64,000 nucleotides of DNA, taken from Gammaproteobacteria bacterium. GTDB taxonomy: Bacteria; Pseudomonadota; Gammaproteobacteria; Ga0077536. The stretch covers positions 320,001 to 384,000 of the forward strand of contig CAXXLL010000003.1 in NCBI GenBank assembly GCA_963662545.2, in the 5' to 3' direction. Position 1 is the first letter of the stretch. Each line of letters opens with the position of its first letter. Under the pieces are notes generated by a model. It was given only the letters and a program-made list of their open reading frames with translations. It had not been told where the DNA came from and made no database searches. Position numbers and translations under genes: made by a program. Positions 51,150-59,717 of the stretch are shown in pieces.

Positions 51150-51198
51150 GATGGCGAAAGGGGGTTGCGGTCAAGTCCGCTCCAACGACTTGTTAGGC
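51150..51198 (-). other. Half attC (R''-L'' only), cut off at repeat R5
   Basis: Minus: GCCTAAC AAGTC GTTGGAGC GGACTTGACCGC; the GFA stop codon lies in R''. Confidence 0.7.
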
Positions 51199-51606
51199 AC
51201 CGGGGAGGTCCTCTGGAGTGAGAGGTGTAATGCTTTCGGAGAAGTGAATCCAGGCGAAGCGATTCTCGTCGTTAGCAGTGCGGGTGGGAAATGGTAGGGG
51301 ATCCTCCGCGAAACACCCACCAGCAACGCCGATCACTCCCTTAAGAGTTTCTGCGTGCCAAAATAATGTTGTCCCGCAGTTACTACAAAAATAGCGCGAT
51401 TGCTTTCCAAACTGGCTATCGAGTTTATAGGCTTTGGTTGAGTCTTTAACCACTCGCACGTTTTCAGTTGGAAAATATGCCGAGTAACCAAAACCACTTC
51501 CCGTTCTCTTTTTACAATTGTTGCAGTGGCATAAAGCATTGAGCGCGGGGTCACCGGAAACCTCGATTACAGTTCCGCCGCAGCAGCATTTTCCTAGGCG
51601 CGTCAT
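51193..51606 (-). CDS. GFA family protein (integron cassette)
   Basis: GKCCCG, CHCNNCKKRTGS, FCSNCGT. Confidence 0.92.
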   Translation of the reverse strand: MTRLGKCCCGGTVIEVSGDPALNALCHCNNCKKRTGSGFGYSAYFPTENVRVVKDSTKAYKLDSQFGKQSRYFCSNCGTTLFWHAETLKGVIGVAGGCFAEDPLPFPTRTANDENRFAWIHFSESITPLTPEDLPGA

Positions 51607-51631
51607 GAGCGGTCTCCCATTTTGTTTCGGT

Positions 51632-51727
51632 GCCTAACGCTGAGTTGAGCGGCACTTGACAGCGACCGACCGAAGCGGAAGCGCAGGGAGGTCGCGGTCA
51701 AGTGTCCGCTCGAACGATTTATAGCAG
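51632..51727 (-). other. Integron attC site, R'' damaged
   Basis: Minus: CTGCTAT AAATC GTTCGAGC GGACACTTGACC...GTCAAGTGCCGCTCAAC TCAGC GTTAGGC; long imperfect hairpin. Confidence 0.8.
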
Positions 51728-51741
51728 GCACCGCGTACTCC

Positions 51742-52272
51742 CTATTCAACATTTTCTCTGGCGGTATTTGGCTTGATCGCTAAGCCGCGAACCGGATTAA
51801 GCAATAGGTATTCTTGCAAAGTGGTGTGCACAGCCTCAATCGTTTTCTCGGCGTTTTCAAACGCATTTGAAAGTATCTGGATTTTTTCTATGGGATATAG
51901 AACATCGAATAGTTTGTCGATATTTTCGTGCAACGGATCACGGCTCACGATATCCTGGACCAGAAGCTCTAAAACTTTCAGCGCAGCCGCTTCGATCGTG
52001 TCACGTTCGGTCTCAATTACTGAGTCAGACCTATACACTGATTTAAGCCATTCGTGTAGCGACTCTAGCTCGCGAACCGAACCACTCTTTGATTTCGATA
52101 CAAGAGTCCCTGGGCCTTCGGGGCAGAACTTTTCGTTTCCCTGGTACATGGCGATCGCGAATAACGCTAAATCAACACGATCGTTCTTGGAGTAGATGTA
52201 GTGTCCGCGGGCTAGATTGCGGCGTTCAGATTTCGCGCTGCCGCCAAAGAACTTTGATATAACTTGTCGCAT
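51742..52272 (-). CDS. Hypothetical protein (integron cassette)
   Basis: AT-richer 176-aa ORF between GTTAGCAG and attC. Confidence 0.65.
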   Translation of the reverse strand: MRQVISKFFGGSAKSERRNLARGHYIYSKNDRVDLALFAIAMYQGNEKFCPEGPGTLVSKSKSGSVRELESLHEWLKSVYRSDSVIETERDTIEAAALKVLELLVQDIVSRDPLHENIDKLFDVLYPIEKIQILSNAFENAEKTIEAVHTTLQEYLLLNPVRGLAIKPNTARENVE

Positions 52273-52289
52273 GCCGAGACTTTAGGTGA

Positions 52290-52330
52290 CTGCTAACAGG
52301 TAATAAACGGGCAAAAGTGCCCTGTTATGC
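52290..52330 (-). other. attI-like site heading the two-cassette remnant
   Basis: Minus: GCATAACAGGGCACTTTTGCCCGTTTATTACCT-GTTAGCAG; core complements the CTGCTA of the downstream R''; no attC-type hairpin. Confidence 0.5.
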
Positions 52331-52478
52331 ATAAAACATAGTGCATCATATTTTGGGGTCTTTCTGTTTGATCTGACGGCATATTCTCATTCAAATCGCA
52401 GCGACAGGATATTAATAATAGGGGCACATCCCATCGGGCGCGAATCTCATGTGTGCGGCTCCGAAATTCGGGTGGGCG

Positions 52479-52623
52479 ATGGCTGCTTTTGGCCGACTGC
52501 CGTCGTCATCCGTTAACACGTCAATGAACGCTACTCGACGACCGCTTACGAGCGCATTGCAGACACAAGGTAGAGCGGTGCTGCACTGCCGCGATTTGGC
52601 TGTTGACGACCCATAGCGGACTT
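52479..52623 (+). repeat. 145-bp tripartite repeat R6
   Basis: Subsites at 52481, 52540 and 52598. Confidence 0.9.
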
Positions 52624-52634
52624 GTTGCGCCGCA

Positions 52635-53132
52635 TTATCGTGTGCTGGATTGTGTAGACCGAAGCGGCTCAGCTTGGGCGATGATATCGTCTACTACTGC
52701 TCGAATATTTGGAGTATATAGCTCGCGCAACCCAGCCCACTCCTTGCGAACGCCAGGGCTCGTAACTAGTACCGAGGCGTAGCCTCTCACCCATGCTTTC
52801 CAGATCTCTTCATTTAGAAGCCCAGCTTCATAATTAAATCGTGCGCTTTGAAACACGTTGAACATGGAAAGACAGTAGAACGAGTACTGCTTTCGTTCAG
52901 CCGCCGTCATTTCATCGTACGCCTCATCAGCCCGGACCAATAATTCGGCGACTTGCGGATTACCGCCGACCAAATCCATTGCGGCGATTTGATTCGACAC
53001 CAGGTCTTGATGAGTCGAAACCTTGAGCGCAGAGGTATTCTGACGAACTTGAAATGCCAGATATATGAGAGTGATTATTACTCCTGACGCGGCCACTACT
53101 TCTGCTATCACACCTATGGCGGCCCAGTTCAT
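52635..53132 (-). CDS. Uncharacterised membrane-anchored protein, family member 1
   Basis: MNWAAIGVIAEVVAASGVIITLIYLAFQVRQNT...SPGVRKEW. Confidence 0.8.
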   Translation of the reverse strand: MNWAAIGVIAEVVAASGVIITLIYLAFQVRQNTSALKVSTHQDLVSNQIAAMDLVGGNPQVAELLVRADEAYDEMTAAERKQYSFYCLSMFNVFQSARFNYEAGLLNEEIWKAWVRGYASVLVTSPGVRKEWAGLRELYTPNIRAVVDDIIAQAEPLRSTQSSTR

Positions 53133-53191
53133 GCGTTCTGCCTCGACATCCGATCGAACGCGCAGCATACCTGTGTGAACTAGGGCGGGGA

Positions 53192-53467
53192 ATGCCCGCA
53201 CCTAGCCGTGAGCCGAAATCACCCGCAGTTGCACTTTCAAAGCGACCGGGATGGCCGCTTACGAGCGCATTGCAGACGTAACAACGCCACGTCGATCACT
53301 CCTTTATCTCCTGCCCGATCATCGAGCAGGTCAGTGTCTAGGCGTGGGTCATTTTTCGGTGCAAATATCCCCTTCAGGTGGGTCAGTTTTCAGTGCAAAT
53401 CAACAGACGTAACTATTACCAGTGCTGCACCGCCGCGATTGGGCGGCTGACGATGCTAAAGAGTCAA
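53192..53467 (+). repeat. Tripartite repeat R7 with IS21-end remnant after subsite B
   Basis: GGCCGCttacgagcgcattGCAGAC; C degenerate. Confidence 0.8.
53283..53405. mobile_element. IS21-family terminal remnant
   Basis: Two GTGGGTCA.TTTTC.GTGCAAAT repeats ending CAACA; flanked by GACGTAAC direct repeats. Confidence 0.7.
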
Positions 53468-53682
53468 GTGTCGTCGATCCGGAAAAGCACAAGGATTACT
53501 TTTCACGGTCGGGGCGGAAAACCTGAATACGAGAAATCGCGATTGTTGAGGGCCGTTTGACAGACAGCCTTACTCGTTGTTACTTGCGAATGATGCGGGC
53601 GCTCGACTAAGCTATCTAACGGATGATCATTGAAAAAACATCCGAATAACCAAAAATTACTTTATCAAGGGAGATAATTACC

Positions 53683-55611
53683 ATGCCCACACCGAATCTG
53701 CCAGTATGAACAGGACACTTTCTAGAAATAGTTTATTGTAGAAAGTGAGTCCATCAAATGTTACAGAACAATCATTCAATGATCGAAGAGAAACCGGGGT
53801 CAAGCGACGAAACGCCTGATCCACAGGTCAAATCGAAGACGATTCGACGCGCCTTTACGACCGCCTACAAGCTGTCGATCCTAGAGCAGGCCGATCAGTG
53901 CCAGGGGCATGGTGAGGTCGGTGCGCTACTGCGCCGAGAAGGACTATATTCGTCCCACTTGAGCACCTGGCGTCGGTTACGGCGTGAGGGAACGCTGCAG
54001 GCGCTCAAGAACAACAAGCGCGGGCCCAGACCAACGCTGGACCCGGTAGATCGGCGCGTGCTCGAGCAGCTGCGTCGTCGTAATGCGAAGTTGGAGCACG
54101 AACTTGAGAAGGCCCGCACTATCATTGATGTTCAAAAAAAACTCTCGTCCATCCTGGCGGCGATGCCCGACGACAAGGAGTCGTCATGAACGCGGTCACA
54201 GCGCTGGGTGGATCCGTGGGCACACGAGGCGCCTGCGCGGCACTCAATGTGCATCGGTCACGGTACTACCGTTTTCGACGTCCCAAGCTTGCCACGCGGC
54301 GAGCGCCACCGCCATTGAAACTCAGTGAGGGCGAACGCCAGCACATCCATGAGGTTTTGGTCTCGCCAGCATTCGTCGATCAAACACCGGCCACCGTGGT
54401 GGCTAATCTACTCGATGACGGCACCTATCTGTGCTCAGCGCGAACGATGTATCGGATCTTGCATGAGCATCAGCAGGTGCGAGAGCGGCGTCGTGGACAC
54501 CGCCGGGTGCACTACGCGAAGCCGGAGTTGGTCGCCAGGGTACCGAACCAATGCTGGTCGTGGGACATCACCAAACTCAAGGGGCCGGTTACGTGGCAGT
54601 ATTTCTACCTATACGTCATCCTGGACCTGTACAGCCGCTACGTGGTGGGCTGGATGGTGGCTGAACGTGAAGCGGCGGTGCTGGCCAAACGGCTGATCAC
54701 TGAGATCTGCGCGAAACAGGACATCGTCGAAGGCCAGTTGACGTTGCACGCCGACCGCGGCTCATCTATGAAGTCGAAGTTGGTCGCTCAACTGCTGGTG
54801 GATCTCGGCGTGATCAAGTCTCACTCGCGGCCGCATACCAGTGATGATAATCCGTTCTCCTAGGCGCAATTCAAAACGCTCAAATATCGACCGGGGTTCC
54901 CAGGACGGTTCCCCCACATCGGTGCTGCCGCAAGACACAGTCAGTCCTTCTTCAATTGGTACAACCTCGAGCACAAGCACTCCGGTATCACGATGTTGAC
55001 GCCGCACGCCGTTCATTACGGTCTTGCCGACGGCATACTGGCAGGGCGCCAGCAGGCCCTAAACCAAGCGTTCGCGGCCCATCCCGAGCGCTTCAAATAT
55101 GCCGCACCCACGGTCACGCCGCTGCCGACGGCCGTATGGATCAATCCGCCAGTTCAAACCAAAAAGGAGAGCCGCTGCCAATCAGAATAGACATTGAACT
55201 TCGAAACCATGTGTCCTATTTTCATTGACAGGTTCCGCAGGAAAAGAAGTCGGAGCGTTCACGACCACGTCTACATCGATTACCAAAGGCGTCGACGCGG
55301 CGGGAAATCACACGTTCGTATTGAATGTAGAGGGCTCTGTGACAGGGGGATGGTCCGGCACCGTACTCGGTACGCTGATTGCCACGACCGCTGACTTTCA
55401 GACTGGCAGCTATACCGCAGATTTTGCGGCGTACCTGGAAGACGGCAGTGTGGTGACGGGAAGCGGCGGCGGGACATTTGGCTCAACAGGCGGGCACCAG
55501 TGGCAGCTGAATGGAACGGCACTGCTCTCCGATGGATCGCGGGTGGCCACTGAGGGCATCCTAGAACTCGCAAACCGCACCTACAATGGGAAGATGTTTA
55601 AAATTAGCTAA
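53683..55611 (+). pseudogene. Hypothetical beta-rich protein interrupted after codon 3 by IS3
   Basis: RBS GGGAG, ATGCCCACA|IS|CAGGAAAAGAA restores MPTGKEVGAF... Confidence 0.75.
53692..55237 (+). mobile_element. IS3 family element (orfA 53758-54189; orfB 54186-55190 with internal TAG)
   Basis: IRs CCGAATCTGCCAGTATGAACAGGACAC / CGGAACCTGTCAATGAAAATAGGACAC; WSWDITKL, HADRGSSM, DNPFS*AQFKTLKY. Confidence 0.9.
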
Positions 55612-55633
55612 GTTCTTCGCCGGCCAAAGATAT

Positions 55634-55661
55634 AGAAGCCCGCTTCGGCGGGTTTCTTTTT
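55634..55661 (+). terminator. Intrinsic terminator
   Basis: AGAAGCCCGC-TTCG-GCGGGTTTCT-TTTT. Confidence 0.82.
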
Positions 55662-55672
55662 GAGTGCTCACC

Positions 55673-55981
55673 ATGGCCGCTCATGGCCGACTGCAGCCGT
55701 GCCCTCTCGACTCGATGCTTGAAGCTACTCGACGACCGCTATGGAGGGGATTGCAGACGTAATCTTTAGCGGTGCTGCACTGCGGCGAGGGGGCCGCTCA
55801 CGACCCAGACTGTGTGAAAACTATTTTCATTTTTCAAAAGTGGGGGAACTACCCTCGAAATTGGATCTAATTGAAATGCCGATCCCTATTCGAGGGGCAT
55901 AACAACTATGCTGGTGGGGAATATTTTTATTTCGTCGTCGTATTTTTGAGTTTTCACACAGTCTGGACCCGAAGCGGACAT
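55673..55981 (+). repeat. Tripartite repeat R8 with MITE in subsite C
   Basis: Subsites at 55675, 55734 and 55792; 309 bp = 145 + 160 + 4. Confidence 0.9.
55806..55965. mobile_element. 160-bp MITE copy 2
   Basis: Same sequence, 17-bp TIR, TSD GACC. Confidence 0.9.
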
Positions 55982-56045
55982 CAGAGGTAGCAAGGTGAGG
56001 GCGCGGTCAAGTGCCTAAATTGACGCTTTGTAGACTCATTTTCCG

Positions 56046-56537
56046 TTACGAATTTCCTGAACTCCCCAACCACGGATAGTTTGAATCGACGTTTCTATAT
56101 TCTTCAAGTTCAGAAAGAATTGCCGGCGTCGTTGTAACGGTGTCCCATAGCCATCTTCCGCCAGGTGAGTTCAACATGGCCGCCATGGGTTTTGTATACA
56201 TTAACCATTCGTCATCCGACAGGACACCTGCGCTGTGATACTTCTTGAGAGCCGTGTATTGGTTTAGATATGACTGCACTAGCATTGAGATTTGTACGCG
56301 GCCAATCTCATCCAATTTTTCAGGCTCAGCCATGCCTGACACCCATAGTTTCGTGACCGCCGGGTCGTCGATGATGTGAGTGTTAATTGCGTTAAAACCC
56401 GTCGCCAACGCATCCAGGGACGAAGACTCTGTTGCACGTCGGTTATTTCGGACCTCAATTGCCAAAAATATCAACGTAACTACGATGGCAAGTGCGCCTA
56501 TAACTTCAGAGATTCCGATAATTAACTGCCAGTTCAC
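56046..56537 (-). CDS. Uncharacterised membrane-anchored protein, family member 2
   Basis: MNWQLIIGISEVIGALAIVVTLIFLAIEVRNN...SPGGRWLW; RBS GGAGG. Confidence 0.8.
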   Translation of the reverse strand: MNWQLIIGISEVIGALAIVVTLIFLAIEVRNNRRATESSSLDALATGFNAINTHIIDDPAVTKLWVSGMAEPEKLDEIGRVQISMLVQSYLNQYTALKKYHSAGVLSDDEWLMYTKPMAAMLNSPGGRWLWDTVTTTPAILSELEEYRNVDSNYPWLGSSGNS

Positions 56538-56598
56538 TTTTTACCTCCCCCTATCTATGCCGCGAATCGATAGCATATTCTGAAGGCTTAAAAGAGGC

Positions 56599-56906
56599 AT
56601 GTCCGCGCGTAGCTGAGGCCGAAGTCACCTGCAGTGATGCTCTCTATAAGAAGGACGCGACCGCTTACGAGCGCATTACAGACGTAACGTATAGCAGTGC
56701 TGCACTGCCGCGATATGGCGGCTGACGACCCAGACTGTGTGAAAACTATTTTCATTTTTCAAAAGTGGGGGAACTACCCTCGAAATTGGATCTAATTGAA
56801 ATGCCGATCCCTATTCGAGGGGCATAACAACTATGCTGGTGGGGAATATTTTTATTTCGTCGTCGTATTTTTGAGTTTTCACACAGTCTGGACCCATTGC
56901 AGCCAT
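56599..56906 (+). repeat. Tripartite repeat R9 with MITE in subsite C
   Basis: GACCGCttacgagcgcattACAGAC; C GGCGGCtgacgacc[MITE]gacccattGCAGCC. Confidence 0.9.
56731..56890. mobile_element. 160-bp MITE copy 3
   Basis: Matches copy 2, TSD GACC. Confidence 0.9.
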
Positions 56907-57264
56907 TATCGTAGTCACCAGACTGCGCTCTTTGTACGGTCACCCTACGCGTCGATATGCTATCCCAAGCAACTCATCAAGAAGGGGGACATCATGGAAT
57001 CAATAAATTGGGATGCCGTTTCAGCGTCTGCGGAAGTAATCGGAGTTGTCGCAGTGCTTGCTTCGATACTCTATCTAGCGCGTCAGGTCACACAAGGAAA
57101 CAAGCTTAACCAAGCGGATTCCGTTCGAGCATTTCTCGGCCAGTACAACGCATTTTTATATGAAGTAAAAGCGCCCGGAATGACTGAGATTTGGCGGCGC
57201 GGCTTAGCTGATTTTCAATCGCTTTCTGCCGATGAAAAATCAAGATTACATCTCGTTTTGCTAG

Positions 57265-58870
57265 CCTGCAAATTGCACCAATAGAAACGGCGGTCCTGTA
57301 GTTTCCTATATAATTCAAAGTGCTAACAACGAATAAAGGAAGGGACCGCCGTGACGAAATGTTACCAGAGATCGTTCGAATTTCCACGTGTTAATCGCCG
57401 CATTGTCGAAGCCAGATTCGACGGTGGCGACATCACTTCCGATGGTGGCGTGTTGCTATTGCGGCAGGCAGATCGGTTAACGGGTTTGAGTGATTCGATT
57501 GCGCGGGCGCTGTCGGATCCCCGCCGTCAGGCGAGTTGCGATCATGATGTGCCGGGTCTGGTTCGGCAACGCCTGTATGCGATTGCGCTGGGCTATGAAG
57601 ACCTGAACGACCATGACGGATTGCGTCAAGACGTGGCACTGCAGACAGCAGTGGAACGTGATCAATGGTTGGCCAGTGCATCGACCTTATGCCGTTTTGA
57701 GAACCGGGCTGATCGGGAGACTGCCTGGCGGTTGCACGAAGTGCTGCTCGATCAGTTCATCGCCTCGTTCAAGCGTGCACCGAAAAAGTTGATACTGGAC
57801 TTCGATGCGACCGATGACCCGGTACACGGTGAACAGGACGGTCGCTTCTTTCACGGCTATTACCGGCACTACTGTTTTCTGCCACTGTATGTATTCTGCG
57901 GTCATCAGTTGCTGGTGAGCTATCTTCGTCCGAGCAACATCGATGGTGCCAAACACAGCTGGGCGATTTTGTCGTTGTTGGTCAAAAGACTGCGGCAAGT
58001 GTGGCCAAAGGTGCGGATCATCTTCCGCGGTGACGGTGGCTTTTGCCGCTGGAAGATGCTGCGCTGGTGTGATCATCACGAGGTCGGCTACATCATCGGA
58101 CTGGCTAAGAATAAGTGCTTGAACCGGCTCACGGCATCCTTGCAGGATGAGGCCGCGGCGTGCTTTGCCGCCACCGGACATAAAGTGCGCTGGTTCACCG
58201 ATTTCCAATACGCTGCCCGCAGCTGGGATGGTGCGCGTCGCGTGATCGCCAAGATCGAGCACTCGCAGCACGGTGTCAATCCGCGTTATGTGGTGACCAA
58301 CCTTGAAGGCGATGCCAAGCAGCTGTACGACAAGCTTTACTGTGCCCGCGGTGACATGGAAAACCGCATCAAGGAAAACCAACTGGATATGTTCGGCGAT
58401 CGCACCTCCTGTCAACACTGGTGGCCGAATCAGTTCCGATTGTTACTCGCCTCGCTGGCCTACACCCTGATCGAGGCGATCCGGCGGATCGCATTGAAAG
58501 GTACCGAGCTGGCCAACGCTTATGTCGGTACCATCCGTTTAAAGCTGTTCAAGATCGGTGCCGTGATCCTGAAAAATACGCGCCGTATCCGTTTCCTTTT
58601 GGCCAGCGGTTGTCCTTACAAGGAACTCTACTTCCTGGCCGCGAATCGACTCGCACCCGGATAAACCCGAAACGATTAAAGCATTCGCGTGTTGAAAACA
58701 CGCATGGATACCTTTGCCTGAAAAACGACTTCTCAGCAAAAATTACTGCGGTAACGTCCTTGCCACTCGGGAATGAGTAGACCAGCCCCTGCAATCGCCG
58801 ATGACAATCGATTGAACGGCCAACTTGCCAACAAAACCGCCTAAATTTATTCACTCATGCAATATGCAGG
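57265..58870 (+). mobile_element. IS1380 family element
   Basis: IRs CCTGCAAATTGCA / TGCAATATGCAGG; TSD CTAG. Confidence 0.93.
57351..58664 (+). CDS. IS1380 family transposase
   Basis: FDGGDITSDGG, GYEDLNDH, LDFDATDDPVHGEQ, RGDGGF, YCARGDMENRIKE. Confidence 0.95.
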   Translation: MTKCYQRSFEFPRVNRRIVEARFDGGDITSDGGVLLLRQADRLTGLSDSIARALSDPRRQASCDHDVPGLVRQRLYAIALGYEDLNDHDGLRQDVALQTAVERDQWLASASTLCRFENRADRETAWRLHEVLLDQFIASFKRAPKKLILDFDATDDPVHGEQDGRFFHGYYRHYCFLPLYVFCGHQLLVSYLRPSNIDGAKHSWAILSLLVKRLRQVWPKVRIIFRGDGGFCRWKMLRWCDHHEVGYIIGLAKNKCLNRLTASLQDEAAACFAATGHKVRWFTDFQYAARSWDGARRVIAKIEHSQHGVNPRYVVTNLEGDAKQLYDKLYCARGDMENRIKENQLDMFGDRTSCQHWWPNQFRLLLASLAYTLIEAIRRIALKGTELANAYVGTIRLKLFKIGAVILKNTRRIRFLLASGCPYKELYFLAANRLAPG

Positions 58871-59161
58871 CTAGGTCACTTCATGTTGGGTCAGGCGCAA
58901 AGAATGGTCGATCCAGAAGGGGCAGAGGAGATTTCCAAAACCATCGATTATTTCATCGCGGTTACGGTGAAGCAGGGCGGCTTTCAGCAATGGTGGGATA
59001 CTTTCAAGAAAATCTTGCCCGATGAAGAGTACGTTAAACGGATAGATGACTTGCCTGCGGCTCAGGGAGTAATTTGGGCGGAAGCTATGCCATGGTTCTC
59101 ACAGGACAGCACGTAAGCGGATGAAGATTTCGCCAAATACTCCAGCCTGCTGAGAATCCGG

Positions 59162-59306
59162 ACGACCGCTCATGGCCACGAGCCCAAGTCAGGCTTCCAC
59201 GTAGCGCGTTAAGCAGTTTGACGACCGCTTCCGGGGGTATTGCAGACGAACTCCTTAGTAGTGCTGCGCTACCGCGATCAGGCCGTTAACGACCCACAGC
59301 GGACGT
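59162..59306 (+). repeat. 145-bp tripartite repeat R10
   Basis: Subsites at 59164, 59223 and 59281. Confidence 0.9.
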
Positions 59307-59717
59307 CCGCAAATACGGAACTTCTACCCCAACTCCTCCAACAATCCCTTCGCTTCTTGCAGATCTTTGGTGTCAAAGCCTTCAGTGAACCAGTTGTAAA
59401 TTTCGGAGAGTAACTGGTGAGCTTCGGTTTGCTTCCCCTGCTGTTGCCACAGACGGGCGAGACTTGTGGAGCCGCGGAGTTCCCAGGATTTGGCGCTTTG
59501 CTCCCTGGCGATTTCCAGGGCTTTCTCGAAGCAGGTTTCGGCTTCGGGCTGGACGGCCGAGGTGGGATGCTCTCCACCTGACTGCAAGGTCATCTCGCCC
59601 TTGAGACGATAGAGTTCGGCCGCGCACCATATTTCATCGCGTCTTGTACTCATTTCAAGTGCTTCATCCAAGACGATCAAAGCCTCATCGGTTTGGCCTG
59701 CCTTGCTGTGTAACCGG

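Larger units (their letters stand above)
56994..59116 (+). pseudogene. Uncharacterised family member 3, split by IS1380
   Basis: MESINWDAVSASAEVIGVVAVLASILYLARQV...HLVLL|GHFMLGQ...QGGFQQWW; frame restored on IS removal. Confidence 0.82.

Noticed and set aside
54861-54863. TAG read-through or pyrrolysine in IS3 orfB
   Set aside because: A single G>T change from the expected GAG explains it; other genes in the window end normally at TAG.
56752-56993. ORFs starting inside the MITE or repeats (56796, 56752, 50743, 34834)
   Set aside because: They read through non-coding repeat sequence; the real gene starts at 56994 after an RBS.
34883-59306. Repeats as a CRISPR array
   Set aside because: Units are 145 bp, degenerate and separated by 0.6-10 kb of genes; no cas genes present.
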